DNA of 49,209 bases, filler included, from Bipalium vagum (taxonomy: Eukaryota), in assembly GCA_037834085.1 (NCBI GenBank). It is 2 parts of 2 records of this genome, joined end to end, with 100 filler letters (N's around TTAATTAATTAA, not from the genome) between each part and the next. Parts side by side here need not be neighbours in the genome. Positions count along the whole stretch, not along the records: positions 1 to 28,276 come from JBBMKC010058960.1; positions 28,377 to 49,209 come from JBBMKC010245901.1. One strand, given 5' to 3'. Positions within the stretch are counted from its first letter, which is position 1, and each line of letters begins with the position of its first letter. Below, piece after piece: positions 25,523 to 37,900 of the stretch. Both the position numbers and the translations under genes were made by a program. The notes beneath the pieces are model-generated. The model was not told where the DNA came from and did not search any database. It saw nothing but the letters and a program-made list of their open reading frames with translations.

Positions 25523-28276
25523 GAAACGTATTAATATAAATATATAATCATTAATAATTAATATAAATATATAATCATACTTTTACTACTTTAGATATTC
25601 CAAACATTTCTCCATTGATTTTGTGAAGCTTGTCAATGTTCTTCGATGATAAATGAGGTGATGAACGATCCTGATCAGTTTCGAATATCTGATTCAATTC
25701 AAGCTTAGAATTTTCACAAACAAAGTCTATGTTCTTGAGATTCTCCTTCATATTTTCATAAGAATCGAAAGCTTCTTTGATTTGTTGTAAACTTCGCTTG
25801 TACTTTTTATGAATATTGTTGTGACGCATTACTAAATCATTTATATTATCATTTATTTCTTTCTGAATTTCCATTTGGGGACTGATCTCGTTCTCAGAAT
25901 GGACCTTAAGAAATTCCCCAAATTTTTTCTGAACGGAAAGTGCATTAAAGACAATTTTAATGGTTAACGAATATTTTAAAAATAAAATTTAAATAACACA
26001 TACTCTATTTTCTTCGAACTTATTGATTTTATCAACAAATTTAACTTTCGAATTAGTCACAATTTTTATGTCGTTGGAAATCGAAGTGAATTCATTGTCC
26101 AAAGATTTAATTTCAACAATAGCCTTTTCAATGTTTTCCAACTTTTGGACAATGCATACAGAATCTATATTCTGGTCCAACTTTTCCATCAAAACGTTAC
26201 AATCATTTAATCGATTTGAAAATTGATCAAATTCATCGATTATGTTCATCAGTAACCGAGAACGATTGTTTATTTCTTTTAGGATCTGAATGAATATTAA
26301 AAAAATCACAATTATCAGTGAGAAGTTCTCAACTTGGTTTGTTCGACTTTTCAGATCGTTTGTTAAATCTTGTAATTCTTTTTCCGTTTCCAATGGAATG
26401 TTATCGAATTTTTTCATTACAAATCGCTCAATCTGGTGAATTATTGAAAGAATCGAAGATTGTTTGTTTAAAAATTCATTATTGATATCCTAAAAGCCAA
26501 TCTCACAGATGAAACATTCCAAGATCACTAAAATTCTTTTACTTGACATTCATCTAACAGAATTTGATTTTCCTTTTCACTTAAGCATATCTTCGTATCT
26601 TTTAACAATTTAGCTTCGATTTCCGAAAGTTTTAATGATTCAGTTTTCAATATGTCAATATATTTTTTTGCGACTTCCGGAGCATCATTCTGGAATTGAA
26701 AAATGATTTTGTAATTGAGTTGAATGACAATATTTTACATATTTGCTAGTTTAGCAGGAGTTAGCTCGGTAAAATGGAAAACTCACTCTTTTTCTTAAGT
26801 GACTGTTAAATCATATAATTAGGAATTTATTGTTAGATTTAAAAATTAGTTATTTAACATTAAAATAAATATGATAATACAATACATTCTTTATAGTTGG
26901 ATACAACTGCTAACACGGTAAAGCATGCAGAAAATTAAAAAAACAATGCACATTTCATCAAATGACAAAATGCAAACTTCAAAGGATCACTGATAATTAC
27001 GGACAACAAGATGCATATAAAAAGAACAAAGATGTCATTAGACTTATGGATGAAACATGCAAATCAGGACAACAATGACTAGCAATATTTACCTTCATGA
27101 CACTCTCTCCAATCATGTCATCCCAAATTGTTTCCATATTAACAAGATTAGAAATAGGAAAAGAAAAAGTTCTGGAAACCGAAGAATTGAATTGTAAGTC
27201 CGTTTTGGTACCCAGAAAAATAGAGACATTATCAACAGATTCAGCAGGTAAAATTCGAAATTCAAGACTTTGATCTAAGCCTTCAATCATTCCACTACTC
27301 ATCATGTTAACCAGCGTAAGATTAGTTCCATTAGGCAAGAAAACAACACCGCGTGTTATATCGACTAAATATTCTTCAATTGCTTCAGAAAGAGATAATC
27401 GAGTAAAGTAGTTTTCCTTTAATTGAAATGACAAAATGATTAAATGAGGATCAACAATTCGACTTGAAACAGCATCGGAAAATTTATAAAGTTCATTTTT
27501 TGAAATAGAGTAAATGTATAACTGAGCAGAATCAGATAGGAAATTTATATTTCCAAAAGATTCAGTTGAATGAGAACTATGAAGATTAAGCGAAGAATTT
27601 TCATGAACTGGTTCATCATAATGACTTGTAAACATCAAATCAAATTCCATAGACGGACAAGAATTTGAAAAAAATGGTTGGAAACAGTGATTTTCGAATG
27701 AAGAAGATCGGTTCACCTGCTGAACAGCTTTATGTGCCAACAACGTATCAATACTACGATGAGACTTTCCAAAATCCACTTCACGAAAATTAGAAGAAGA
27801 AAAATGCATAGTCGAATCAATCTGATGTACAGCAGGACCGCAAATACTTACAGAAAGAGGAAAATTAATTGGAATAGAGTTCTATGAAAAAAGCAATTAG
27901 TCAAACAGCTCAGCAAATCAGAAAATCTCACAAACTTACCTCATCTTCTTCCGGACCTCGACCAGCAACATGACACAAATGATGTGATTCAATTATATTA
28001 TGATCATCAGGGAAAAAGGGTGAAATAGAAAAAATATCAGATGTTAAAGGCCTTAGAGGAGTATGAGAAATAAATATTTTATTAAAAGATTGAGATAAAG
28101 AACTTAAGCTAACAGGAGAAGCTAATTCAAAATCTATATTACTAAAATAATCGATAGGAGTCTTATCCTCATCAGCCAAACATATTTCAAATGCTTCTTT
28201 CAACGACATTTCCTTTCCTGAATGTGGATCTCTAATTGTACCTCTTACTGTGTCTACAAGACCTCGTTCAATGGCC
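6690..28276 (-). CDS. Spectraplakin (MACF1/dystonin/Shot family), multi-exon, 5'-incomplete at the assembly gap
   Basis: Dozens of GT-AG exons encoding spectrin repeats (~10.9-26.7 kb); EF-hand exons 10586-10908 and 9100-9335; GAR exon 8930-9047 ([39 protein letters not shown]) joining [13 protein letters not shown] at 7066; stop at 6690; plectin-type repeats at 27093-28276. Symbol withheld: probable co-ortholog of MACF1 and DST. Confidence 0.95.
8930..10908 (-). other. EF-hand pair and GAR/GAS2 domain exons of the spectraplakin
   Basis: [73 protein letters not shown]|FGD...DPCR. Confidence 0.95.
15667..15741. repeat. (TAA)n microsatellite, ~25 units, intronic
   Basis: Directly visible. Confidence 0.95.
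25489..25578. repeat. (AAT)n microsatellite plus short direct repeat (ATTAATATAAATATATAATCAT x2), intronic
   Basis: Directly visible. Confidence 0.85.
27093..28276 (-). other. Plectin(plakin)-repeat-encoding exons of the spectraplakin
   Basis: [29 protein letters not shown] and [17 protein letters not shown]...[12 protein letters not shown]; donors at ~27939 (GTAAGT) and 27092 (GTAAAT), both phase 0 and in frame with the downstream exon NDAPEVAKK (26689). Confidence 0.75.
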
Positions 28277-28376
28277 NNNNNNNNNNNNNNNNNNNNNNNN
28301 NNNNNNNNNNNNNNNNNNNNTTAATTAATTAANNNNNNNNNNNNNNNNNNNNNNNNNNNNNNNNNNNNNNNNNNNN
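28277..28376. other. Assembly gap: 44 N + TTAATTAATTAA + 44 N (100-bp placeholder with all-frame stop linker)
   Basis: Directly visible; the 12-mer is palindromic and has stops in all six frames, typical of artificial scaffold linkers. Confidence 0.95.
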
Positions 28377-29930
28377 ATTTTAATATCGATTCAAATAAAA
28401 GTATTAAATCAAAATTCGTTTTCTCAGTGAATTTTAATTAAAAAACGAACACGTACAAAAGCAACCTTCAACCGTTGAGACCTAAGACATTACACGCTCC
28501 GACTTTTGACAATCCTCTTTATCCATCAACTTAGGATCTTAACAAATAGAGAATTGAAAAACACGGAGCTCATTTAGTATACCCTGGATTTGATTTACTA
28601 AAGTAAATACATCAATTATTTTAGTGAAAGAAATTGCATACTTTCTAAATACTTATTTTAATTTCACATTGTAAATAAATTAACAAAACAGGGTCAGTTT
28701 GAATTTCAACCAAAATTACTAATGACTTTGTAAGCTACAAATTGTAACTTAATAAAAATTAGAGTAAAAGTTGCTATTAGACCGGGATAATTTTAATATA
28801 AAATAAAATTTATCTGTAATATAATGACTGATTTTTTTCTTAAGTATAAAGATTGAGATTAAGTATTTAATATTACGACTGATACGAATGGAACTTGAAA
28901 TGTTAATTACGAATTTAGTTACAGATGATCATTTAGATATTGGTGATAATCTTGCGAACATGTAGAGTTTTGGAAATCTAAGGAATAATAGGTAATCCTA
29001 TACTTAAGTAGCGACAAAGTAGGTCAAATTTTTACATTTCGCTTAAATAATAAAATTAATATTATATATTTAAATTTAATTTTCGATAAATTTCTAAATC
29101 TTTGTTGTTTTACACGATATATATTTTTATAAATATATATATAGAAAATAAATTTAAATTCATATCAAAGAAAATAATTAATATTTAAATCGTAAAATTT
29201 AAATTTTAAATATTTAATTAATATTTTAAAATAATATTAAGGTTAATTTAATTTTAAAAGGAGTTAAATTGAATAGAAAGGACGCTTATTTTACTCATTG
29301 GTAACAAGAAGTCTCCACCATCAAATTATTTCAATCATTTGAATCTAAAAAATCTCTTTATTGTCATTGACGAGGTAGATATAATCAGAATTTTTCCATT
29401 TCGTCTCTTGAAATGTTTCCTTCTGAAATAACAATAATAAATTTATTAGATCAAAATATTTTTAGACTTAAAGATTTTTATTGTGTTACTTGTGGAATGA
29501 GAGTTGCTTTCAAAATTTCTATTTTAAACTGTCTCATTCATTTTCAGTTTTATTTTTAATATAATACAAACTTCCCAGTATCCATATTTTCAATTAATTT
29601 TATTATTTTGAATTTATTTAACTCTTATCAGTATTTATTTTTAAAATTTAATATAATTAAATCAAGTTACAAAGTCAAAAAAATAGTAATCGTCAAAACG
29701 AGCATTTAAAGCCTTATCCACAATTTTTTATCAAGTTTTAAAGTCTGACAATAAATTCCATAATCTTTTATATATTTAAGAAACCTATAATTTTAAGCAT
29801 GTATTTAGAAGTGTTTTATAATTATATCACATATCTTGAAAAATAAATAACTTTATTTAAAAAGTTAGTATCAATATGGATTATTATTAATAGTAATAAA
29901 ATTGATTATCTTTAAAATAAATTTAATAAT

Positions 29931-30355
29931 ATGGCTGAGGAAGAAGAAAAAAAAGAAGAGGTGAAGGATGAAACAAAAAATGTATTAGTTTACCCAATGG
30001 TTAGAGTAAGGAATTTTGATTTTAATTTTGCAATTTTTTAAAATATCTTTCTTATTCTGTTATAAGTTTTGTGATATGGGCGAAGAGGTTCGTATGGAAT
30101 GTGCAGAAACTTGTCAGATGGCCTGCGAAAAATATGGTGATAATAATGAAGTAAATATTTTATTTTAGAACGATTAAATTCATTTATTAGAATGCTGCTA
30201 AACTTGTTAAAGAAACCCTAGACCAAAAATGTGGAAGTGGTTGGCAAGTGGTTATTGGAGAAGGATATGGTTTTGAAGTAACTTATGATAAAAAATGTCT
30301 AATGTATATGTATTTTGGAGGAAATTCGGCCATTTTAGTTTGGAAATGTTGTTAA
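29931..30355 (+). CDS. DNAL4: Dynein axonemal light chain 4 (107 aa, 3 exons)
   Basis: Exons 29931-30005, 30067-30150, 30191-30355: MAEEEEKKEEVKDETKNVLVYPMVR|FCDMGEEVRMECAETCQMACEKYGDNNE|NAAKLVKETLDQKCGSGWQVVIGEGYGFEVTYDKKCLMYMYFGGNSAILVWKCC*; DNAL4-typical ACEK, VVIGEG.GFE, YFGG, VWKC motifs. Confidence 0.92.
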
Positions 30356-31494
30356 ATTTTAGTTCTATTCAGTTTTGTTGAGTATTCAATAATAAGAGTT
30401 TAAACATTTTTATTTCTAACTAAATTTTAAAAAAAAGAATTGAAATTTATTTCTAGGTGTAATTATTAATTCCAAATTGATTAAATATTATTTAATTATT
30501 ATTAATTTAATTGTATATGGTCATTAAATAAGAACTACAATTTTGCTTAACTCTATCTATTAAGTTTATTTATTTATTCTCGCTAAATTTGGAATTAAAA
30601 ACTGTATTATTAGGCAAATTATACTGATTAATTATATCATTCTAGACCATAAGGGAATTATAAAACCGTGCTATAAAAATGTTGGGTTAGCCAAGGGCAT
30701 ATCCATCTAACCCTTTGAATTATAACACCGCTAAAGGATCTAGGATGATATAATAAAAATTAATTAATTATAAAGACTTCAAAATAATAATAATACCACA
30801 AATATTAAATAAATAATAATATAATTATAATTAAATGTACAAAAGTTAATAATGATATTAATAAAATAAATTGTTTTTATCTTGAATGATCTAATCTTGA
30901 CAATGGCGAATGTCGAACTGCAAAGATAAGACCAGGGTCCACAATTAGGGGCCTCTTGTATTAAATATCTAAAAATGAAATTCACATTCCCAATTAAGAA
31001 TAATGATCTACGATTGAGCTGATATGACTGTTTTCTCATTGATTATGTTAAATCAATGATCTACTCCAATGAACCAGAAAAATTAAAACTTTTAAAAGTA
31101 ACATTATTCTTGTCATTGGTGAAATCACTGTTGATTTATGTGAAAAAGTAATAGCAAATTAGTGTTTGAGAATCGATTTTTAAAAATAATTCAGAGGCTG
31201 TCATTTACCTGAAATTATTTGTAATTGAAAATATCCAGATCATATGTGTAATATAAATAATAAATATTCATCTTATTTTATTTGGTTTCTACATTAGATA
31301 TTATAGGCATAAACCCCTTATGTAATGATTCCATATATCAAAAACATTTTATAACACTAGTAATTTCAGAATGAATAAAGCAGCATTTTAGGAATTAACT
31401 TTTTAAAATAAAAAATTAAATGCAGCAGTCGAGGGACGCATATATTCTTTATGACGCATATACGGTGACTGTTCCATAATTTTTTTACCTTTTA

Positions 31495-31740
31495 GATATG
31501 GTTTGCGCGTTTCCACTTTCGGGACTTAGTCTCAAAGATAGTGCCAAAATGAGGCCTGTCACCACTGATGACAAATAAATCTTAGTCACAATTAAAACAG
31601 ACTGACATATCTTATCATGAGAAATAGCACAGAGCTTGGCTATTGAACATCACACAGTTGCGATGCACTTAACAAATTTTGTGATCACAAATAAGGGTCT
31701 CAAACGAATTGTCCAAAAAGAAAATTTCTGGTTGGATTAC
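31495..31740 (+). mobile_element. Mariner transposase N-terminal (HTH) relic
   Basis: WFARF..LSLKD...RPVTTDD...EIAQSLAIEHHTVAMHL with stops and frameshifts. Confidence 0.6.
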
Positions 31741-31908
31741 AGCCTGATTCTCTCTTAAAATTAAATTTGTTGGAATCATTACTGAACTTAATATTTGAAT
31801 TTTTGAAATTGTTTATCAAAAATAATAAAATTTGAAATTTTTGTTTAATTAAATGAAAAATATAAATTAACAGCTATTTTTAAACTAACTTAGATCTTCT
31901 TAGTTTTA

Positions 31909-34900
31909 ATGTTAAAATTTAAGAGATTAATTTTTTTTATTTTAATTTTCATTATTTTCTTATTTTTTTATTTAAAAAGTCCTGGAGAAAATAAAGATAT
32001 TTTAAAGTTAAATGAAATAGTTAATAGAATAAATGAAATTGAAAAACTTATCAAGATTAACAGAAAAAATTTTGAGTTGATTAAAAACGCTTTACTCGAA
32101 ACGAAGCTGTAAGTATTAGTTAAGATTTACATTTAATTAATTATTTAGAAATACAAATAAGCTAAATGATTTAAAAAATTTGAAGGAAATGTTAGTTTTG
32201 TTGCATTCTCAATCAAATATTGATGAGGACAGTCAAAACTTGAAGTGGAATAGCAATTATAAAATCTGTCCGTATCTGAATTTTACAAAATCCAATATTG
32301 ATGTAATTCATTTACACTGAAATAAAATTTAAAAACTTTATTTTTAGATGTCAGATATGTATGACAAAATGAATTTTACTGACATAAATGGTGGGGTATG
32401 GAAACAAGGTTTTAACATTGAATATTCGAAAGATGATTTTGTAGTTGATAAACTTAAAGTCTTTGTTATTCCCCATAGCCATCAAGATACAGGTAATACT
32501 CAACTTATGTCATGATTTCTAAAAATCCAAAATACCATTTTTTAATTTTTAAAGTAAAGTCATTTTTGAAGACATTAATGTCTCTAAAAATATTATTATT
32601 TTAATATTTTTCATTAAACTGATAAAAACTTCAATAATTTTCTGCTTTATTAATAAATGATCAGTTTGCTGATCATAGTATAGGTAAGTTTCAAAAAGAT
32701 GGGAAATGAATCTCGGAAGAACTTAGGTAATTCGATATAATTCAACATTTGGCAGAATGATTATCATTTGTTGGAATTTGAACTTTTTAGTAGATATACA
32801 GTCCCAATCAATGGGTATCATCCATAAATGGATTAAAGACTTGATTCCAAACAGCTAGAATTTTTTAATTCTACAGTTATCTGTAAGATGGGTAAAAAAA
32901 TCAATAAAAACAAAGAATATTTCAATTAAAAATATTGTGATTATTTTTTTTTAAAATTAATTTTGAAATTTGGTTAAAATTTTGGATTACTTATTGGTTA
33001 ACATAACAAATAATAGAAGAACTCGCAAAATATTTGTTTAGAAATGTTTTAGTAATTGAATAATTTTCAAGATATTTCACCAATACGTTAATACCAATCG
33101 AATTTCAATTGATCATTCACATTTTCATTTATGTCTAAAATTAATTAGGTTGGCTTAAAACTATCGATGAATACTTCAATGAAGATACAAAAGCAATTTT
33201 AGATAATATGCTGAATTTTTTGACAAAGACACCAAAAATGACATTTGTTCATGCTGAAATTGTGTTCTTTGTACAATGGTGGCATACTCTCAATGATGAA
33301 AAAAAGACTCAAGTTCAAAGGTCAACTTGATGATTTTTTAATAGGTTTATATTCAAAATTTTTCAGACTGTTGAATAATAAGCAATTGGAATTGGTCACA
33401 GGAGGCTGGGTTATGACCGATGAAGCTGCTGCCCATTATTTTTCCATCTTGAATCAACTTACTGAAGGTCATATGTGGTTAAAATCAAATCTAAGTATGG
33501 TATTATTTTTAAATTTGGTTTTGAACTGATTTTTGCATTTTTTTTAGAATATTTTCCTCAATCTGGATGGTCTATTGATCCTTTCGGTTACAGTCATGTT
33601 ATGCCATATATATTAAATAAGAGTGGCATTGACAATATGGTTATTCAAAGAGTCCATTATATTGTGAAGAAGAATTTGGCTAAAAATAAACAACTAGAAT
33701 TTCGTTGGAAACAATATTGGGGTCTTTATATCGATTTTATGATGATCTGTGTTTGGTAACGTTTTGTCATTTATTAAGATGCTTCAAATCAATATGCAAT
33801 ACCCTGTCACATGATGCCATTTTTCTCGTATGACGTACCTCATACCTGTGGTCCAGAGCCCGCAGTTTGTTGTCAATTTGATTTCATGAGAATGATAAAA
33901 TATGGTTGCCCTTGGCATATCAATCCTGTTGAAATCACTGATTCAAATGTCGAAAGCAGGTTATTTTGTCTTTAAAGATATCATTTATTTAAAGTAGATA
34001 ATTTATAGTATTAATTTCAACGATTAAGTTTTAGTTTTAATCTGATGACCTTTAGTATATGCATTTCAAAAGTGGAACGACTTTGTTTAACTCCTTTAAC
34101 ATGGTACAACTACCAAAAATCAATTAATTATAGATTTATTTTTGGCCAAACATTCCAAGAACAGAGATGATACGATCGATAGCCTAACTTATGCATTTAT
34201 ATCTTCGTCTAATAGAAATTAAAATGAATAAGTTAATATTTATGAAGAATTCACATTGTTAGTAAGTTATAGGTTAAGAATAACGAGATCAAAAACTTGT
34301 TATTTACAGACTCTTGAAGCAGGTAGCTTACTTATTGTGCTATGTCAAAATAAAATGAGCTTTTCGTTCTCTAATATTTGTAATTTTACTCTTAAATTCA
34401 ACTAGTTGAAAACTATTGAGATTTCGCTCAATCTTTCTATCTTAGAATATCTAAACAAAAGAAAGCGTAATATTGATTTAATTGGTATCAGATTTTTTCC
34501 TCTATAAACATCAACGACTTCAATATTTAGAGCTGAACTTCTGTTGGATCAGTACCGCAAAAAATCTCGATTATTTGACAATGGAAACGTTTTATTAGTT
34601 CCGTTAGGAGATGATTTTCGGTATAAGAATAGCAAAGAGTGGGAGGTTCAATATAACAATTACAATAAATTGATGGATTACATGAACAGCAGAAAAGATT
34701 GGAATGTTGAAGTATGTTCTTTTGTTATTTGTGAAATAAACTTTGTTAAAATGTTTAGTTCTATTACTCTGGAGTATTTTATTTATTGAACTTATTATAA
34801 TATCATCAATTTTTTAAGAAAATAATGTTGTTTTGAACTGTCGTAAAATCAATTGTTCATCCCATTATTAAAAGTTTTTCACATTTATTAATTTTGATAA

Positions 34901-37900
34901 ATTTAATTGAGAATTTAATTTTTATTTTATGCAGCCAAGTTCACTCAGTTTAAATTTGATTATCTTAACACAATATTTTATTGCATTATTTTCCTTGATG
35001 AAATTAAATTATTTTATAATTTATTATTATATTTATTAAATAGAAAAGTTTTTTGCTAAATATTTCGATTAATAAATAACAAAATAAAATTTTAATAAAT
35101 AATTAATATTAAAATTATTTCCATTTGATAATATAGATTTAACTGAGTGTTATTGATTAAATTTGTTTTTTTACATTATTTTTTAATTAGCAGTTGGTTC
35201 AAACAGATGTAATAGTTGAGTTCTTGATTCAATTCTATTTATTTTAGTCTATTTGTATTGCCTTTTTGTTTTTCATTGATATTTAACATTAATCAATAGT
35301 CCAACAATTTTTCAATTTGCAAATGAAACATTAGTAAAATTTGAGTACATTTAAAAATTATCTTTAAAAGTTGTAGAAAGAAAACTATTCTGAGAAATTT
35401 TACTCATTTAAAAGAAGCCTATAGACTTCAAAAAACAGGAAAATATTGTTTAAATATTCACTATATCTTATACTAAGGGGTAGAAAAAAAAGTAAAAACA
35501 TTCATGGAATATCAAAACAATACAAAGAGTGATTTAAAATTGAAACGACATTGTGACCAATTTATTTAACATCAAGGTACAGAAAGAAAAAAATATCTTT
35601 TGATTTGATGTGTTAAAATATTTCCAAGCATAACGTCTCGAAGAAAAAAATTTCCATATTGTTTACTATAAACAAAACAAGAATATGGTTCCCAAGTATA
35701 TCAGATTATACATGTATTAGGTCATTCGGAAAGTAATAATTTACAAACCATTCACGAAAAAAATGAACAATATTTTATATGAAAAAATTTCAATACTTGT
35801 ATTGAAAAATTAATACTAATATCACTCAAAAAGAATAAAAGATCTGTATAAAATAATTGTTGTTACAACCAAGTATTATTATTCTTCAAATAGGAAATTT
35901 TCAATAAGAAAAATACCTTAGGAAAAAAGAATTTTGAATTGCCATGATTGAATTGATATTAGTTAAAATTAACGGAAACCAAGTTGAAACTGAATTTTTA
36001 CTTACAATTAAATTTTGATAAACTAAAGAAATTTTGTGACAAGTTTTAAAGTTTCATTTTGATACATTTGAAAGATTTCCAAGATGTGAATTAAATAGGG
36101 AATTGTTTTTATTGATTAAATATTTAGTACTGTAACTTATTCGTTGATTTAACTGTTCATAAAATTGTTGAAATATTTATAATTTTTATTTATTTTAACC
36201 ACGGGGAATTGTATTAGATTGAAAATTTTAAAGAATGATTTTGTTATTGATTAAAGTTCTGTAAATAACAAAGTATTCTTCATGTTCTTTTTGTTCAAAT
36301 AGATCAAATTTGGAACTGTGTCAGATTATTTCAGCACAATTAAAGCAGAAAGCCTAAAAAATCTACCTTTACTAACTGGAGACATGTTTGCTTATGCTGA
36401 CCTGAAAGAATACTATTGGACTGGCTATTATACGAGTAGACCTTTTCTGAAGATTCTCGATCGAATGTTGATGACAAATCTGAGGTTTGATTGGTTGTTA
36501 TAAATTATCTGAACAATAATTTTCACTGAAATTGTCTTTAGAACAGCCGAGATTGTATACTCTCTTTCATTGGCTTATGACGAAAAATATAAACGAAATC
36601 CGTCGAATGTGTTTGACAAATTGTTGTTAGCGGAAAAAATCGATAAATCTCGTAAAAGTCTCGGTCTAAACCAGCATCATGATGCAATAACTGGAACGTC
36701 AAAAAATCTTGTTACAATCGATTTTGAAAAAAGGTAGTATTCTGGTTTTACGTATGATTATTGATTTTATTCCTCAAACCACACCAAAAATGTTAGACTA
36801 TTTAATGCCATAACATGGACTCAGGACATTTTTATTCGATCGGCTCAAAGAATATTACAGAATGATGTTGGCAAAAGCCAATTTGATGAAATCATTTTTG
36901 ACGTCGATGAAGTGTTGACATCCTATGACAAGCCAATCAAAAAAGTCTTAGTCGACATGATTTCAACCAACGAAAGGTTCATTATTTTTTATCTGTTTTT
37001 ATCAGTTTGATTTATTGAAATGTTTCTTGATGGCAATATGCAAATAGTTTTATAATTCAGCTGAATTATTCGATATCAATTTCTTTTGCTACTAACATAA
37101 TATTTTTTTGTTTACATTAATTTATTTAATCAATTAAAAATTATTTAGATAGTGAATTTATAAATTTTTTCTTTAGAATAATTGTTACTTTTCATAATGA
37201 AGCTTTTTTTTAATAAGGGGAACTAAAGTATTTGGTACGCAACTAAGTAATTACGTATTTATTGACTAAAATAAAAAGATAAATTTCATAAATAATTTTT
37301 TTTCAGTAAAGTATTGACCATTTTTAATGATCTTCTGCTACCTTTCAGGAAGCATCATATTGCCTTTTTCATAAAAGTTGTTTCAAAATAAGTAATTCCT
37401 TTATAGCCCCAACATACTAACACCATAACATTATTAAAGAATCCAGATTTTTTTAATAATAATGGTTTCCCGTTAATTATATTTCTTAATTAAGTTCAAT
37501 AAAAGTTGTCCAATTCAGATCACGATATGAAAACTGTTTGTTGTGTAGAAAAAATTGATTTTTATTGCGCATGAAAACAAGTTAATCTTAAAATTCGTTT
37601 TCTTTATTCTTATGAATTTAATTCAAATCAGTATATGATTGGCTAATTCATGCATGCCGCAGATATATTTGTTTGATCACTTACTCTTGCTAAATTTTCT
37701 TCTAGTAGTGGGCCTTACACATGTTCAATGTATCATTGCTTATTATTAGTTAGAATTGTATTTTAAATTATCGATTTTGAAAATTTTGTGAAAATTGTAT
37801 AATTTTATAATGTTTTAAACAAATTAATTTTTGTACATCCGGGCGTAAATTATTGTTTTTCTGAAAGTTTAGCACGTCTTTTGTACATTCATTTTAAAAC

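Noticed and set aside
28321-28332. TTAATTAATTAA palindrome as a biological site
   Set aside because: Centred between two 44-N runs; artificial scaffold linker.
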